DNA of 64,000 nucleotides from positions 30,134,001 through 30,198,000 of the forward strand of contig NC_087436.1 in the NCBI RefSeq assembly GCF_036321535.1. The letters run 5' to 3'. Within the stretch, counting starts at the first letter, position 1. Each line of letters starts with the position of its first letter. This document shows positions 14,216-25,074 of this stretch, piece by piece. The stretch is from Camelus dromedarius. Taxonomy: Eukaryota. A model generated the notes under the pieces. It was not told the DNA's origin. It did no database searches and saw only the letters and a program-made list of their open reading frames with translations. Both the position numbers and the translations under genes were made by a program.

Positions 14216-14439
14216 GATTCTCAGTATGTCTTTGCTCTTTATTACCCAACATCTACTTTTTAATTTTTGGAGATGATCAATTGTGCATAGCCTAGTGGGA
14301 GTCATTGCTCTACCTTTCAGTATGGAAGATGAATATCCCAAATATTTCTCTCTCAAATTCACAGAAAATGGCTCACAGGTGTCTTGTCCAAATCTAAACT
14401 TCTGCTTTATGTATTAAACTTGGTGCTAGCAATGCAACT

Positions 14440-14587
14440 AGAAAGAAAAAAAAGGAAGAAAGAAAGAAAGAAAAAGAAAAAAAGAAAGAAAAAAGAAGGA
14501 AAGAAAGAAGGAAGGAAGGAAGGAAGGAAAGAAAGAAAGAAAAGAAAGAAAGGAAGGAAGGAAGGAAGGAAGGAAGGAAGGAAGGAA

Positions 14588-14657
<70 letters not shown>

Positions 14658-14658
14658 A

Positions 14659-14742
<84 letters not shown>

Positions 14743-14747
14743 GAAGG
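14440..14747. repeat. Compound (GAAA)n/(GGAA)n microsatellite, 308 nt purine-only
   Basis: Directly visible; source of the K/E/R-rich and F/L/S-rich artefact ORFs. Confidence 0.98.
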
Positions 14748-14918
14748 TCAGTGAAAATTTGTTTTTGCCATTGTTTCAGTAAAGGTATCCAGCGGTGGTA
14801 ACCACCTTTTCCAAAGGAGGGAGCTGCAGTATCTAGTGTTGACCCTGACAGTCTTTCCTGATGATTTATACTGAAGAGCATCTTCAGTATAAATGAACAG
14901 GTCCAGCAGAACTGTTTC

Positions 14919-15495
14919 ATTTTAATTTTTTTATTATAATTTTTTTCATTGAAGTATAGTCAGTTTACAAGGCTGTCTCAATTTCTGGTGCACAGCATAA
15001 TGCTTCAGTCATACATATACATACATATATTCCTTTTCATATTATTTTTCATTATAGGTTACTACAAGATATTGAATATAGTTCCCTGTGCTGTACAGAA
15101 GAAACTTGTTTATTTATATATAGTAGTTAATATCTGCAAATCTCAAACTCCCAATTTATCCTTTCCCACTCCTCTACCCCTACTGGTAATCATACATTTG
15201 TTTTCTATGTTTCACAATGTCTATGAGTCTTTTTCTGTTTTGTAAGTAAGTTCCTTTCTGCCTTTTCTTTTAGATTCCACATATAAATGACATCATATGG
15301 TATTTTTCTTTCTCTTTCTGGCTTACTTCATTTAGTATGACAATCTCCAGGTCCATCCATGTTGCTGCAAATGGCATTATTTTATTTTTTTTAAGGCTGA
15401 GTTGTATTCCATTGTATATACCACAGCTTCTTCATCCAGTCATTTGTTGATGGACGTTTAGATTGTTTCCATGTTTTGGCTAATTGTAAATAGTG
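14919..15495 (-). mobile_element. Young 5'-truncated L1 3' end
   Basis: Poly-T followed by attgaagtatagtcagtttacaa; candidate TSD ccagcagaactgtttc (14903-14918) / ccagaagagctgtttt (15496-15511). Confidence 0.9.
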
Positions 15496-16264
15496 CCAGA
15501 AGAGCTGTTTTAGTGTCTGAATTTTTTCTTTAGGCAAAAATTTTCAACCTTAAGTACAATCAGTAAGACTCTGGTATATGTCCAATGATTTTCCTTTTTG
15601 TTTAAGCTAGATAGAATATATTTATCTCCCTTGAAACCAAGATTCTTGAGTACTCTGGTATTTAAGAAAAAAGACCCTGAATTTGAAGTTACAATCATGT
15701 GGTGCTGTGTATTATGTTTCAATTTATTTCTGGCTTTTGTTGTTGTTGTTGTTATTTAACTTTTAGTTTGCTATAGTAAAAGGGGATATAAATCCTAATT
15801 TTATATATGCAATCTAATTACTTACTCATTTTGTCTATTTTGTCTGTTCACTTTGTAACAGGCCACCATAAAAATTATCTTATTTTTCAAAATTTTAAGT
15901 GCATTTTGTGAAGTGTTTTAGTAGTACAATATCATCTAAAACAATGATAATTATGCTTCTCTCTTTGTCTACAACTAATTGACTGGATAGTACTTTTACA
16001 GTATTGTTAAATACTAATGTTTATGATGGACAATCTTATATTGTTCTTAAAATTTGTTTCAGATGATCCAACATTATGCATGATGCTGGCTTTTACCTTA
16101 TGATATATATTTTAATTTACATCAAGGAATTATATTTCTTTCCTATTTTATTTAGAGTTTTTACCAGAAATGCATGTTGTATTTTATCAAGTAACTTTTT
16201 GGCAGTTGTTGAGGTGATCATTTTTTTCCTATTGACTTTTTAAAATGTGTTTCATGAAATCAAC

Positions 16265-16268
<4 letters not shown>

Positions 16269-16311
<43 letters not shown>
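16269..16311. repeat. (CT)n(AT)n microsatellite
   Basis: Directly visible. Confidence 0.9.
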
Positions 16312-16570
16312 GGGAATGAAATCATTCCCAGATAATAGTCATGTTCAGCACTTTTACTTTCCTGATCATCTTAATTTTTCTCTTAGTTTTTGTAATTGGT
16401 CACCATATTTGTTTTTCCTTTAAGAAAAACAAACAAACATGGATTTAAAGAGTATTTATCGACAGTTACCATCTCAGTCCTTGTAGATTCTTTCTCTGTG
16501 GCTCAAAGAAAGAATTTCACTGTCAGTGGGCTTTCTAATGCTGACTTCCCAGCCTCATTCTCCCACATCC

Positions 16571-16604
16571 ACACACACACACACACACACACACCCTCAC
16601 ACAC
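16571..16604. repeat. (CA)n microsatellite
   Basis: Directly visible. Confidence 0.9.
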
Positions 16605-17599
16605 TCAAACATATTTGCATACACATACCATCCTAAGTGACTGAATTCTTTTCTGATGCCCCTATAAATATTCATTTTTGTCATTCAGAATGCCTCTCAT
16701 GAACGTGTCTTTACGTCAGTTCTGTTATTTTCTTTTCTCCATCCTCCTAGATGCAAATGCCATGTGTTTCAGGCTTTTCTTTTCTGTCTCTAATATATCT
16801 AATTATGTTACTGTATAATGATAAACTTTGTGTACTTTCCTATTTTACTTACTTTTTTTAATCTCATTCTCTCTCTCTCTGCTTCTTTTAAAAAAAAAAT
16901 AAGAAAATACTCTTCTTTCAGGTATTTCAAACATTGCTTTTATTTATGTACTAAGTTTTTTTCTTCCATTACTAATCTGTGCTATATTGGCTCATACTTT
17001 TTCTCATATTTTATCATTTATTGTTTTAGCTTTTAACCTTTTATTTGAGCTCTTGTTTCTATTTTTAATTTTTGATAGCATCCCTTTACGTGGTATATCT
17101 TTGTGTGCTTTTTGTTTCTTACCTTATTTTCCTATGTTTTGTAGGTGTAGGTTCCTATAAGTTTCCATTCATTCACCATTATGAGTAACTTGAAGTAAAA
17201 TAAAGGAGCAAACCTAAGGTGCCAGGAAAACGGAATATAAGTAATTTTCTCAGAACTTTTTTCTCAAAGCTTTCTCAAAACTGTTTCTTACTCTGCAGTC
17301 CGCCCTGATAGTACATCTGTGATCATGACTCTCAGCGTTTGATATGTCCTCTGTCAGGAAACCCAACAAAGCTCTGCATGTCCTGTGTTTTCTGTTTTAT
17401 TCCTGGTTCTGCCTTCGAGTGGCAATTTAACTGTATTTATTTTTCTTCAGCTGGCTGTAATTGGCAGCTGCTTCCCCACACTGCCGCCTGCCTCACCAAG
17501 AGCCTGCCTGCTTTTTGTAAAGAGGCTGTGCAATATACTTCCTCATCTGGTTGAATAAAAGTCTTTTCCAAACTTCACCTTTGAAAATAAAAACCAACA

Positions 17600-17900
17600 T
17601 TTTTTATTGAGGTATGCTTGATCTACAATGTTGTGTTTCAGGCGTATAGCAAAGTGATTCAGTTTTATTTTTTTTTTTCAGATTATTTTCCATTATAAGT
17701 TATTGCAAGATATTAAAAAAAGTTTCCTGTGCTGTACAGTAGCTCCTTGTTGTTTATCTATTTTACCTATACTAGTGTTTATCTGTTACCCAAAACTCCC
17801 AGTTTATTTCTCCCATGTCTTTCCCCTTTGATAATACTAAATTTGTTTTCTATGTCTTTGAGTCTATTTCTATACTGTAAATAAGTTCATTTGTATACTT
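17600..17900 (-). mobile_element. Cetartiodactyl-type L1 3' end
   Basis: tttttattgaggtatg..ttttccattataagttattgcaagatatt..cctgtgctgtacagtag. Confidence 0.85.
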
Positions 17901-18277
17901 GTGGAAAAATGAACATGTGTCCAAAACCATTAGAAGTTTGTTTCTTTGCTCAGCATCATCTCTTGGCTGGATCCATACATCATTAAATTCATTTTGTATA
18001 ATGATTCAGAGTTTTTGTAAATCCTGATTTCATTTACACTTATTTTTCTTTTTTTCCCCCTTGTGTTTATAAAGAAAGGCACCAGACAGTATGAGTTGCT
18101 GTGTTAATTGATGCACTTTTAATAAGGTAGAAGTTACAATCAGAGCTCATTTTATTAAGATTATTTTTGTGGCAGAGCATAGAAAAGTTTAGAATGGGAG
18201 AAAAGTTTTAAAAATTAAGCTCAGACACTTTGTAATAAAATATGAATCACTTTTTAAGAAGAGAGAAATTCCTTATC

Positions 18278-18410
18278 TGTAAATGTAAGTTCCATAAGGG
18301 CAATGGTTTTATCTATGCTATTCACTGCTCTAGCCCCCAGCACCAAAAATTAGGACTTTAATAGACTTACATTGACTTTAATAAAGTTACATTAAATGAA
18401 TGAATGCATT
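18278..18410 (+). mobile_element. L2 3' terminus
   Basis: tgtaagttccataagggca..tattcactgctctagcccccagcacc..aatgaatgaat. Confidence 0.7.
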
Positions 18411-19090
18411 CATTTTAATTTATTTGAGTTGGAAACCTTTCCAGTTTTCAGAAAATAATCATTTAAATCATTATGGAATCTGGAATTCATTGCATAATAA
18501 TGTCATAATTTCACATGACCCTCTAAGGAAGTTTCTAGAACAGCTGTACACAGTAAATAATCAGATAGTTCCTCATAGAGATAATACACTGGCCCAACAT
18601 CCATTATGCACTAGCGTTTTCAGTCCTGTTAGCACTGTTCTTAAGGTTTTCTTAGAAATGACCAGAGGTTTGCTTTGGGGAGAGTGTTGTGTTCTTTGTT
18701 TTACTGTCAGTTTTTTTTTTTTTTTTTAATATGCTATCTCAAGTTACTAATTGCAGTTTTAATTAGCTTTTAAAATTCAATTTTTTATTTTCTCTGCTGG
18801 AAAAAGAATGATTTGGTGTGTAAATAAAGTCATTAGCTTCCAGTCATATTAGAGTCTGAATTAAGTTTTTGTTTTCTGTTGACCCTTCTTCATACATCTT
18901 GTACCAGTGATGCACTTATATCAAAATGCACTTGAAAAATCCAGTTCAAGTGTCTCTGTTCATCATTGTAATAATTTGGGGGAATATATATTAAATACTA
19001 CTTACAAAGAAGTAGAAATCAATGTGTTCAAACAAAAAAATTTAAATTGAAAGAGAAATTCCTCAGTTTTCTGAACATGCATACAAACTT

Positions 19091-19390
19091 ACCTGCAGGG
19101 TTAGTTTCCTTTGTGGCCTCTCTCCTTGGCTTGCAGATGGCCACCTTCTTGCTACTTCTTCATGTGGTTGTCCCACTGTGCATACACACCACTGATGTCT
19201 CTCCGTATGTCCTAATCTCCTATTCTTATAAGTACACCAATCATACTGGATTAGGGCCCATCCTCATGGCCTCATCTTAGCTTAATTACCTCGTTAAAGG
19301 CCTGATCTCTGAATACAGTTATGTCTGAGGTACTAGATGTTAGAGATTCAACATATACATTTGGAGGGGGTACACAATTAATTACCTTAA
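19091..19390 (-). mobile_element. MaLR LTR (MLT1A-like)
   Basis: ctctctccttggcttgcagatggccaccttc..ggattagggcccatcctc..ttcaacatatacatttggagggg. Confidence 0.85.
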
Positions 19391-19394
19391 AGTG

Positions 19395-19765
19395 TATAAG
19401 GTTTTTTTAAGGCAGTATTCTTGAAATCAGCATCTGTAGAAAGGAGGGGAAGGAGCAGTATTGGGCAGAGAGAGAATGTGAGTTGCTGCACTGCAGGCCT
19501 GAATGATAAGCTTATGCCATCCAATGAGTAACTTGGAAGCATTCTGCTTCATCCATAAGAGTTGTATATTGAGTCAAAGTGACCAGGCTTTATAACCCAA
19601 TCTGATCAGTCTTGAGGTATATGGACCTGAAGAACTGCATGACCATCTGCCGCTTAGATATTATCTGAAGGAGCTAAGAGCCAAAGGCTGTCTACTGACA
19701 GGACTCCCAGCAATGGAGGCAAGAGGTCCCTCTTTGAAAGAAATGTAAGTGGCCTATCACAAGAT
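19395..19765. mobile_element. Old ERVL-class solo LTR, family uncertain
   Basis: ggagcagtattgggcagagagagaatgtgag..gcactgcaggcc resembles ancient ERVL LTRs; more GC-rich than the flanks. Confidence 0.5.
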
Positions 19766-22700
19766 GTCTTCCTCTAGGCTCACTCTCATTTCAATGTAAA
19801 CCAGATTATATTTACAATTTTCCATGGGAGAATCAAATATATGAAAAAAAATCAGAAATACTTAACTTTTTTGCTAAATTTATAATATTTTAACCAATCG
19901 GGATAAAGTATAAAATCTCAAGTTGTTTCAGGTCATTACATAAAATAATGGAGATATAATTTATTAAGCTATATTTAATCTAAAAATGCATTAAAGTTAT
20001 ATACACAGGTATCCCTAGCAAGCCAATAGTTTTGTTGCTAGGGAGAATCAAAGTCAAGATTTAATTAAAGAACAGGTATTTTATCAGGTAATCAGCCTAG
20101 TTAGCAGTAAAGAATTTTCTGCCATTACACATTACTCACAAATTCTGAAATAGAGCCTCAAACAGCATGAAAAATTTGTTTTCATATCCCCTTAAATCAT
20201 TTCTTATTATCTCTTGGCAGTTCTTGCAAGACCAATCAGCATTGAGTTCTCAGTTCTGAAAACAGCAGGAACTTTGCTTGGAATTTCCAGCACATAATTA
20301 ATGGGTCAGTTATAAACACAAAGCGGACTCGGTTTGTATTATCTCAGGACAGTTTGGAATGGCAGGTGTTTTACTACTTCCTAACATCTCTAATCATTCT
20401 TGGCTTGATGCTTTAATGCCTGAAACTACAAATAATGGCAATTCCTGTTGTGAAAATGCCAGAGACATTAGAAGGCAAAGGCATATTTGCAAAGACAGCA
20501 GAAATAGTGAAAGCAGTCAGTATATTTGTGAATAATTTGCCTAGACTATGATTTTGTAGCAAGATGAACAAACTGGGAAGTTCTGAAGAGAAATCTATTT
20601 TCTTATCCTATAATTAATAGAGAAAAGAATTAAATTGCCTCTTTCAATGTCAGATTTCTAATGATGTACATTCTGAATTATGGAGGATAGAGCAACATGT
20701 TCCGTTTCATTGTGACAAATTGAATGCTCGATAGTGTGAATTTGATGAGTGTAGTCATGAGTAGATTGCCGTATACTGCCGTGCCTTCAGATTCCTCAGG
20801 CCATTCATCCCCTCCTATGATTTCTTTAGTTTCTTTCTCTTTAAATTTAACCCATCAGTTTCCAAATGACATCTCCATTTCACTCTCTAAACTACTTTTT
20901 AAAAATATATTGTGGGGAGGATTGCTCTATTATATCCTCCTTAAAATGCTAATTAGATAAGATGATCAAAATGTTATAGATACATGTATGCATCTAAAGA
21001 GTTATTCAGTCAATAATATTCAACATTTATTGTCATAACAGTTTATTGAAATATTCGGTGGCTCTGCCTATATGGTGAAAATTATTACAAACAAGTTGCA
21101 TTCTTTCAAATCAAAGGACAGAAGACATTTGCTTCGGGTCAACATTCATAAACATAAATGTGCAATTTCACTATGCTTGGTAAGACACTTATTATAGGTT
21201 GTGGACATATTTACTAGGTTTAGCTTAGACATAATAGTGGTAAAGTCACACTGACTTCACAAACAAAATGTATTAACCGATAAATTTACAAATAGCAGTG
21301 TATGGCCAGTTAGTTGTGCTTATTGGGTCAATAAAGATATAAAAGTAAATATAGGAATTATAATTTGAAAGAATTCATAAATAGCATTGACAGCCATCCA
21401 CTTTAAACTTGAGATAGTAAAATACACCATTTATATAAAACAGGAAAATGTTCTCCAAACCAAGAAGAAATATGATCCAGATTATGTAAGTTTTTCTCTA
21501 CCGACATAACCTCTAGATAAAAACAACAGACTTGTGTAAATATGTCCTTACTTGTTCTAGTAAAATTTCTTCTATACCCTATGATGTTTCTTAAGTGTGA
21601 AACACTTATTTCCTTGATGGTATCTTGTCCAGAAGTATGAAAAAATCAAAGTCCAATTTGATTTCACTCTATGTACTTCAAAGGTTTAATAATCATCTCA
21701 TTTGCTTAATTTTTCCATGAAATGGCAAATGTTGAAAACTGTACTATTTTGCTTAAATGCTCTACGTAGCGTCTTGGGAATTTACATTCTATGAACTGAC
21801 CAAGGATCACTGAGTGAGAGGAAAAATATAACCTCTGCTAGCATGTAACCAAATGACCAAAAGTATAGATTTGAGCAATAATAAAGAGCTATAGATTCAG
21901 GTGTGTTTTAGACATTAAACTTGACTGAAGCAATAACTCCCCTTTGGTTTCCCGCTTGGTTGCTCAAGACATTAATTCTCAGCTCTGCAGATTATCTCAC
22001 ACTCCAGTGGCCGTGGCGCCTCAGTATAATCATCTGCTGTGAACTTTTCTGCACTTCACAGATACGCTGTAGGGAACGGAGCAGGCATAAAGAATAAAAA
22101 CCTGTAAAAGGCTGCAGCCAGCTTCATCATAATAACTTCTATTTAGATTTCAAACAGACTCTCACAAATTTTATTTTAAGCAGAATTCAAAGAGAATGCA
22201 GATTTGCAATCTAGGGATTCCTCATCCCTGCCCCACCTTTGTTCTCTCAAGATAAGTTCACTGGTTCTTTTATTGTCAGATATTGTGAATAAGGATGTCA
22301 AGTACCTTCTTGTTTCTTCATTGTGGATAAATGTAATTTAATTAAAATGTGTTAAAGGGGCTTGAAATTTATAGTAGAAAATTGCATAATTCCCCACAAA
22401 AAAATATTATATATCAGGTGAAGATAGTCAAACAAATAGGTCACTATTGTTCTCGAATAAATTTATAGTTCACCAATAATCAAAACCTTAAATGGATTTT
22501 AAACAAAACCATATTCTTAAGATTTAAATGTTACTTGATAGGTTTCTAAACTTAACTGCTATCTATAGGTAATGAAAATAAATGTGTTTAGTTTCACTCT
22601 TCCTTGAGCACTTTAATGATTTTAATTTATAGATCAACTATTTATATCAATAAGCATGCAAACAAATAATGTATACTACCAAATTATACAGTTACAGACA

Positions 22701-22879
22701 TTTCAGGAGAATCAACAGCAGAATTATTAAAAGTGATGAAAAAGTGCAGTGGTATGTTATATAAAAGCTGTTTTATGTGTATATAGCGTGTAATTAAAAC
22801 AACCAATGATAAAACAATAATAAGAAAAAATTATCAGTAATATACATTATTTTATCAATAGTATACATTAATATCTAAG

Positions 22880-23870
22880 AAATGTGTAAACCAACTGAAA
22901 TAAACTTTAAAATTGTACTAAAAGAAATAATAGAATACCTGAATGAAGAGGCAGTGCTTTGTTTGAAGAAGTAATTAGTATTGTAGCATGTTCCCCAAAT
23001 GATATCTAATAGCATCCCAATTAAACAAATATGTTTCAATGAAACATTAAAAAGGTAATCCTAAAATCCATGTGAAACATAAATTCTCCATAATATCCAA
23101 GAATATATTTTAAATGAATACAATGAAAAAGGACTTACTCTATAAGACACAAATATACTATTAAGTCATAAGCATTAAAATATAATGAAATTACTTCATG
23201 CATATACAAACATACCTTTGATAAGAAATACAAAGTGCAAAAACAAGCTTGTTCATATTGCTTTATCAGGTTTACATTTCTGATGTGGAGAAAGAATGCA
23301 TCAATTTGTAATTCATCAGTTAGACCCCATCTTTTTGTTACACACACAAAAAATAAATTTCAAGTAGATTAAAATGCTAATAATTTTTCTACAGAAGACA
23401 TACAGGTGAAGGTTTCTAATTTTGAGTTAGGGAAAAACTTCATGAAAAAATAACAAAGTGCAAATCTTAAAACTATGCAAACTTTTAAGAGTTTCTAATG
23501 ACAAATTAGAGGACAAATGATAAACTTCGAGAGATTATCTGCAAAGTATATGAGACAAAAGAATAATAATCCAGAGTATATGATGAACTCCTGACAAATA
23601 GAGGACAATTAAAGTAATGACAATCTGACAGAGGATATGAATGACATTTTGTAGGCAAATAAACAGAAGTAGCTAATAAATTTACTAAAAACTAGTAAAT
23701 AGCCTTGCTAGCATTCAGGGAAATAGCCATTAAACCAGTGAGATATTATGTTTCCTGAAAGGATGGCAACATTTTTAAAGATTCGGTGTTGGGAAGCTTG
23801 CAAAGACATAGGTATTCTAAGAAACTGTCAGAGTATAAATTACTGCCTTTTGGAAAGATCACTTGTAAGT
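22880..23870 (+). mobile_element. Ancient L1 ORF2 3' region, degraded
   Basis: A-rich sense L1 remnants such as aaaataaatttcaagtagattaaa, attatctgcaaagtatatgagacaaaag and gcattcagggaaatagccattaaacc. Confidence 0.65.
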
Positions 23871-23887
23871 TCCTACTTTAATTTTTT

Positions 23888-23889
<2 letters not shown>

Positions 23890-23923
<34 letters not shown>
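23890..23923. repeat. (TA)n microsatellite in an L1 tail
   Basis: Directly visible. Confidence 0.95.
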
Positions 23924-23924
<1 letters not shown>

Positions 23925-23927
<3 letters not shown>

Positions 23928-25073
23928 TTTTTATTGAAGTATAGTCAGTTTACAATATTGTGCCAATTTCTGGTGTACAGCATAATGGTTCTGTCGTATA
24001 TTAACATGCATATATTCATTTTCATATTTTTTCATCATATATTACTACAAAATATTGAATATAGTTCCCTGTGCTATACAGTATGAACTTGTTGTTTATC
24101 TATTTTATATATAATAGTACCTGCAAATCTTAAACTTCCAATTTATCCCTTCCCACCCCCTTCACTCCCTGGTAACCATAAGTTTGTTTTCTATGTCTGT
24201 GAGTCTGTTTCCATTTTGTAAATAAATTCATTTGGCTTTTTTCTTTTTTTTAGATTTCACATATGAGTGATATCGTGGTATTTTTCATTCTCTTTCTTGC
24301 TTACTTCACTTAGAATGACAATCTCCAGGTCAAATTCCATGTTACTACAAATGGCATTATTTTATTATTTTTATGGCTGAGTAGTATTCCATTGTATAAA
24401 TATACCACAACTTCTTTATCCAGTCATCTGACAATGGACATTTAGGTTGTTTCTGTCTTGACTACTGTAAATAGTGCTGCTATGCACTTTGGGGTGCATG
24501 TATCTTTGTGAATTAAGGTTCCCTCTGAATATATTCTCAGGAGTGGGATTTCTGGGTCATATGGTAAGTCTATTTTTAGTCTTTTGAGGAATCTCCATAC
24601 TGTTTTCCACAGTGGCTGCACCCACCAACAGTGTAGGAGGACTCCCTTTTCTCCACACCCTGTCCAGCATTTATCATTTGTGGACTTTTGAATGATGGCC
24701 ATTCTGATTGGTGTTAGCTGATACCTCATTGTAGTTTTGATTTGCATTTCTCTGATGATTAGTGATATTGAGCATTTTTTCATGTGCCTATTGGCCATCT
24801 GTGTGTGTTCATTGGACAATTGCTTGTTTAGGTCTTCTGTCCTTTTTCGGATTGGATTGTTTGTTTTTTTATTGTTAAGTTGTAAGAACTGTTTATGTAT
24901 TCTGGATATTAAGCCCTTGTTAGTCTCATCTTTTGCAAATATTTTCTCCCATTCTGTAGGTTGTCTTTTCATTTTCTTTGTAAAAGCTTGTAAGTTTAAT
25001 TAGGTCCCATTTGTTTATTTTTGCTTTTATTTCTATTGCCTGGGTAGACTACCCTAGGAGATAATGGCTGAGA
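23925..25073 (-). mobile_element. Young 5'-truncated L1 including the ORF2 C-terminal segment
   Basis: ORF 24442-24972 (-), [60 protein letters not shown], is the canonical L1 ORF2p C-terminus. Confidence 0.95.
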
Positions 25074-25074
25074 T

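Larger units (their letters stand above)
14220..15655 (+). mobile_element. ERVL-class LTR (LTR33/LTR16-like) split by a microsatellite and a young L1
   Basis: Pieces at about 14220-14439, 14748-14918 and 15512-15655; end ttcctttttgtttaagctag..ttgaaaccaagattcttga resembles the ERVL LTR 3' terminus. Confidence 0.55.

Noticed and set aside
14384..14920. 132-aa K/E/R-rich and 160-aa F/L/S-rich ORFs (also 52711-52908)
   Set aside because: Translations of GAAA/GGAA microsatellites
24442..24972. 176-aa ORF as a host gene
   Set aside because: C-terminus of L1 ORF2 in a 5'-truncated copy
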